Below are positions 61,293-64,000 of a DNA stretch of 64,000 bases, piece by piece. This stretch comes from an uncultured Desulfospira sp. (GTDB taxonomy: Bacteria; Desulfobacterota; Desulfobacteria; Desulfobacterales; Desulfobacteraceae): the NCBI GenBank assembly GCA_963663165.1, contig OY760175.1, positions 4,000,001 through 4,064,000 of the forward strand. Reading direction: 5' to 3'. Numbering within the stretch: the stretch's first letter is position 1; each line of letters starts with the position of its first letter. Made by a program: the position numbers and the translations under genes. A model generated the notes under the pieces. It saw only the letters and a list, made by a program, of their open reading frames with translations. It was not told where the DNA came from and did not search any database.

Positions 61293-61406
61293 TGTTACTC
61301 TTCCTGAACGGTTGGTCATATAAAATCATAATATACCAGAGCGGTTCATCACGGTTTGGATGAAACCGAATCACCGTTTTTTTAATTCGTATATCAATGT
61401 CATCAT

Positions 61407-62021
61407 TTATATTTTGGGGGAAAAGATAACAATCAGGGATCTGGCCACCCCGCCGATCCCCCTGAGGGCGTGGGGAATGCTCGAATCAAAGTAAATACTG
61501 TCCCCTTTTTCCAGGTGGTGGATCTGATCGGCGCTTTTAAACTCCACAATGCCGTCCAGGATAAAATGAAACTCTTCTCCCTGGTGGTCGTTGAAGGTCA
61601 TTTCCTGTTCTTCCAGGGGTTCGATTTCCACCACAAAGGGTTCCATCTGCTTGCCCACCATGGGATAGGCCAGGGATTCCCACCGGTAGCCGATCCGTTT
61701 TTCATCCTTGTGGTGAAAGAGTTTTTTAACGCTGTACCGCTCGTCTTTTCTGACCACAACAATCCGGTCATCCTTGTCATGGTCCCGGAAAAAATGGGAT
61801 ATTTTAACCCCTAAAGCCGTGGATATCTTAATTAAGGTGGCAATGGGGGGCGCTGCAATATTGTTTTCAATCTGGGACAGAAGCGGTTTGGACAGTCCTG
61901 TAATATTGGATACTTCCTGAAGGGTCAACGCCCGCTGCTTTCTTAACTTTCTGATTTTATTGCCCAGGTTCAGGGCCGCAACCTCTTCTTTGACTTTATT
62001 TTCTATGGGGTCGTCGGGCAT
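61407..62021 (-). CDS. XRE-family HTH + cupin transcriptional regulator
   Basis: LGNKIRKLRK..LTLQEVS..TGLS..LLSQIEN; HQGEEF...GDSIYFDS..PH. Confidence 0.92.
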   Translation of the reverse strand: MPDDPIENKVKEEVAALNLGNKIRKLRKQRALTLQEVSNITGLSKPLLSQIENNIAAPPIATLIKISTALGVKISHFFRDHDKDDRIVVVRKDERYSVKKLFHHKDEKRIGYRWESLAYPMVGKQMEPFVVEIEPLEEQEMTFNDHQGEEFHFILDGIVEFKSADQIHHLEKGDSIYFDSSIPHALRGIGGVARSLIVIFSPKI

Positions 62022-62176
62022 AACAGATAGAAGATTCCTTTAAATATTTTTATGATTACTAAAAAAAGTTTAACATGATGAAACTTTTGGATCAATCATA
62101 AATTACATATAGGGATTCAGGCTGAAGGGCGTCAGGCTGAAGGAATATGTCATCCTAATCCCCTGATGATTAAGGC

Positions 62177-62208
62177 AAAAAAAGGGGCTGGATTGCCCAG
62201 CCCCTTTT
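62177..62208 (-). terminator. Rho-independent terminator downstream of the PFOR gene
   Basis: aaaaaaaggggctgg-attgc-ccagcccctttt hairpin with a U-run on the minus strand. Confidence 0.8.
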
Positions 62209-62242
62209 GGTATTCATGGCTTAAGCCTGATTAACCGGTTGG

Positions 62243-64000
<1,758 letters not shown>

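Overview
Bacterial chromosomal window. Gene content (pyruvate:ferredoxin oxidoreductase, ADP-forming acyl-CoA synthetase, PEP-CTERM protein, many hybrid kinases) suggests a Desulfobacterales-like anaerobe; this is inference. The main accessory region (~2.2-18.1 kb) is a defence island built on a type I restriction-modification operon: single-TRD hsdS, hsdM, dinD, hsdS, cargo, fic, hsdR, M48/YgjP. A Thoeris-like cassette is nested between hsdS and hsdR: DUF2188, three different stand-alone TIR genes, and a 689-aa (TIR-like)-TIR-SLOG protein, with no SIR2, Macro-TM or caspase effector. The first TIR gene is split by an ISAzo13-type element, and removing it in silico restores the reading frame exactly. 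Other mobile DNA: the end of an IS66 element, a 2.7-kb two-ORF DDE element with a -1 slippery site inserted in the 3' end of a hybrid kinase gene, and a 159-bp fold-back MITE inside a collapsed ilvD pseudogene. A second type I RM operon with a RhuM-Fic/Doc gene lies at 52.6-60.5 kb. The rest is housekeeping, signalling and transport genes. All product calls are from motif recognition by eye; no database searches were run.
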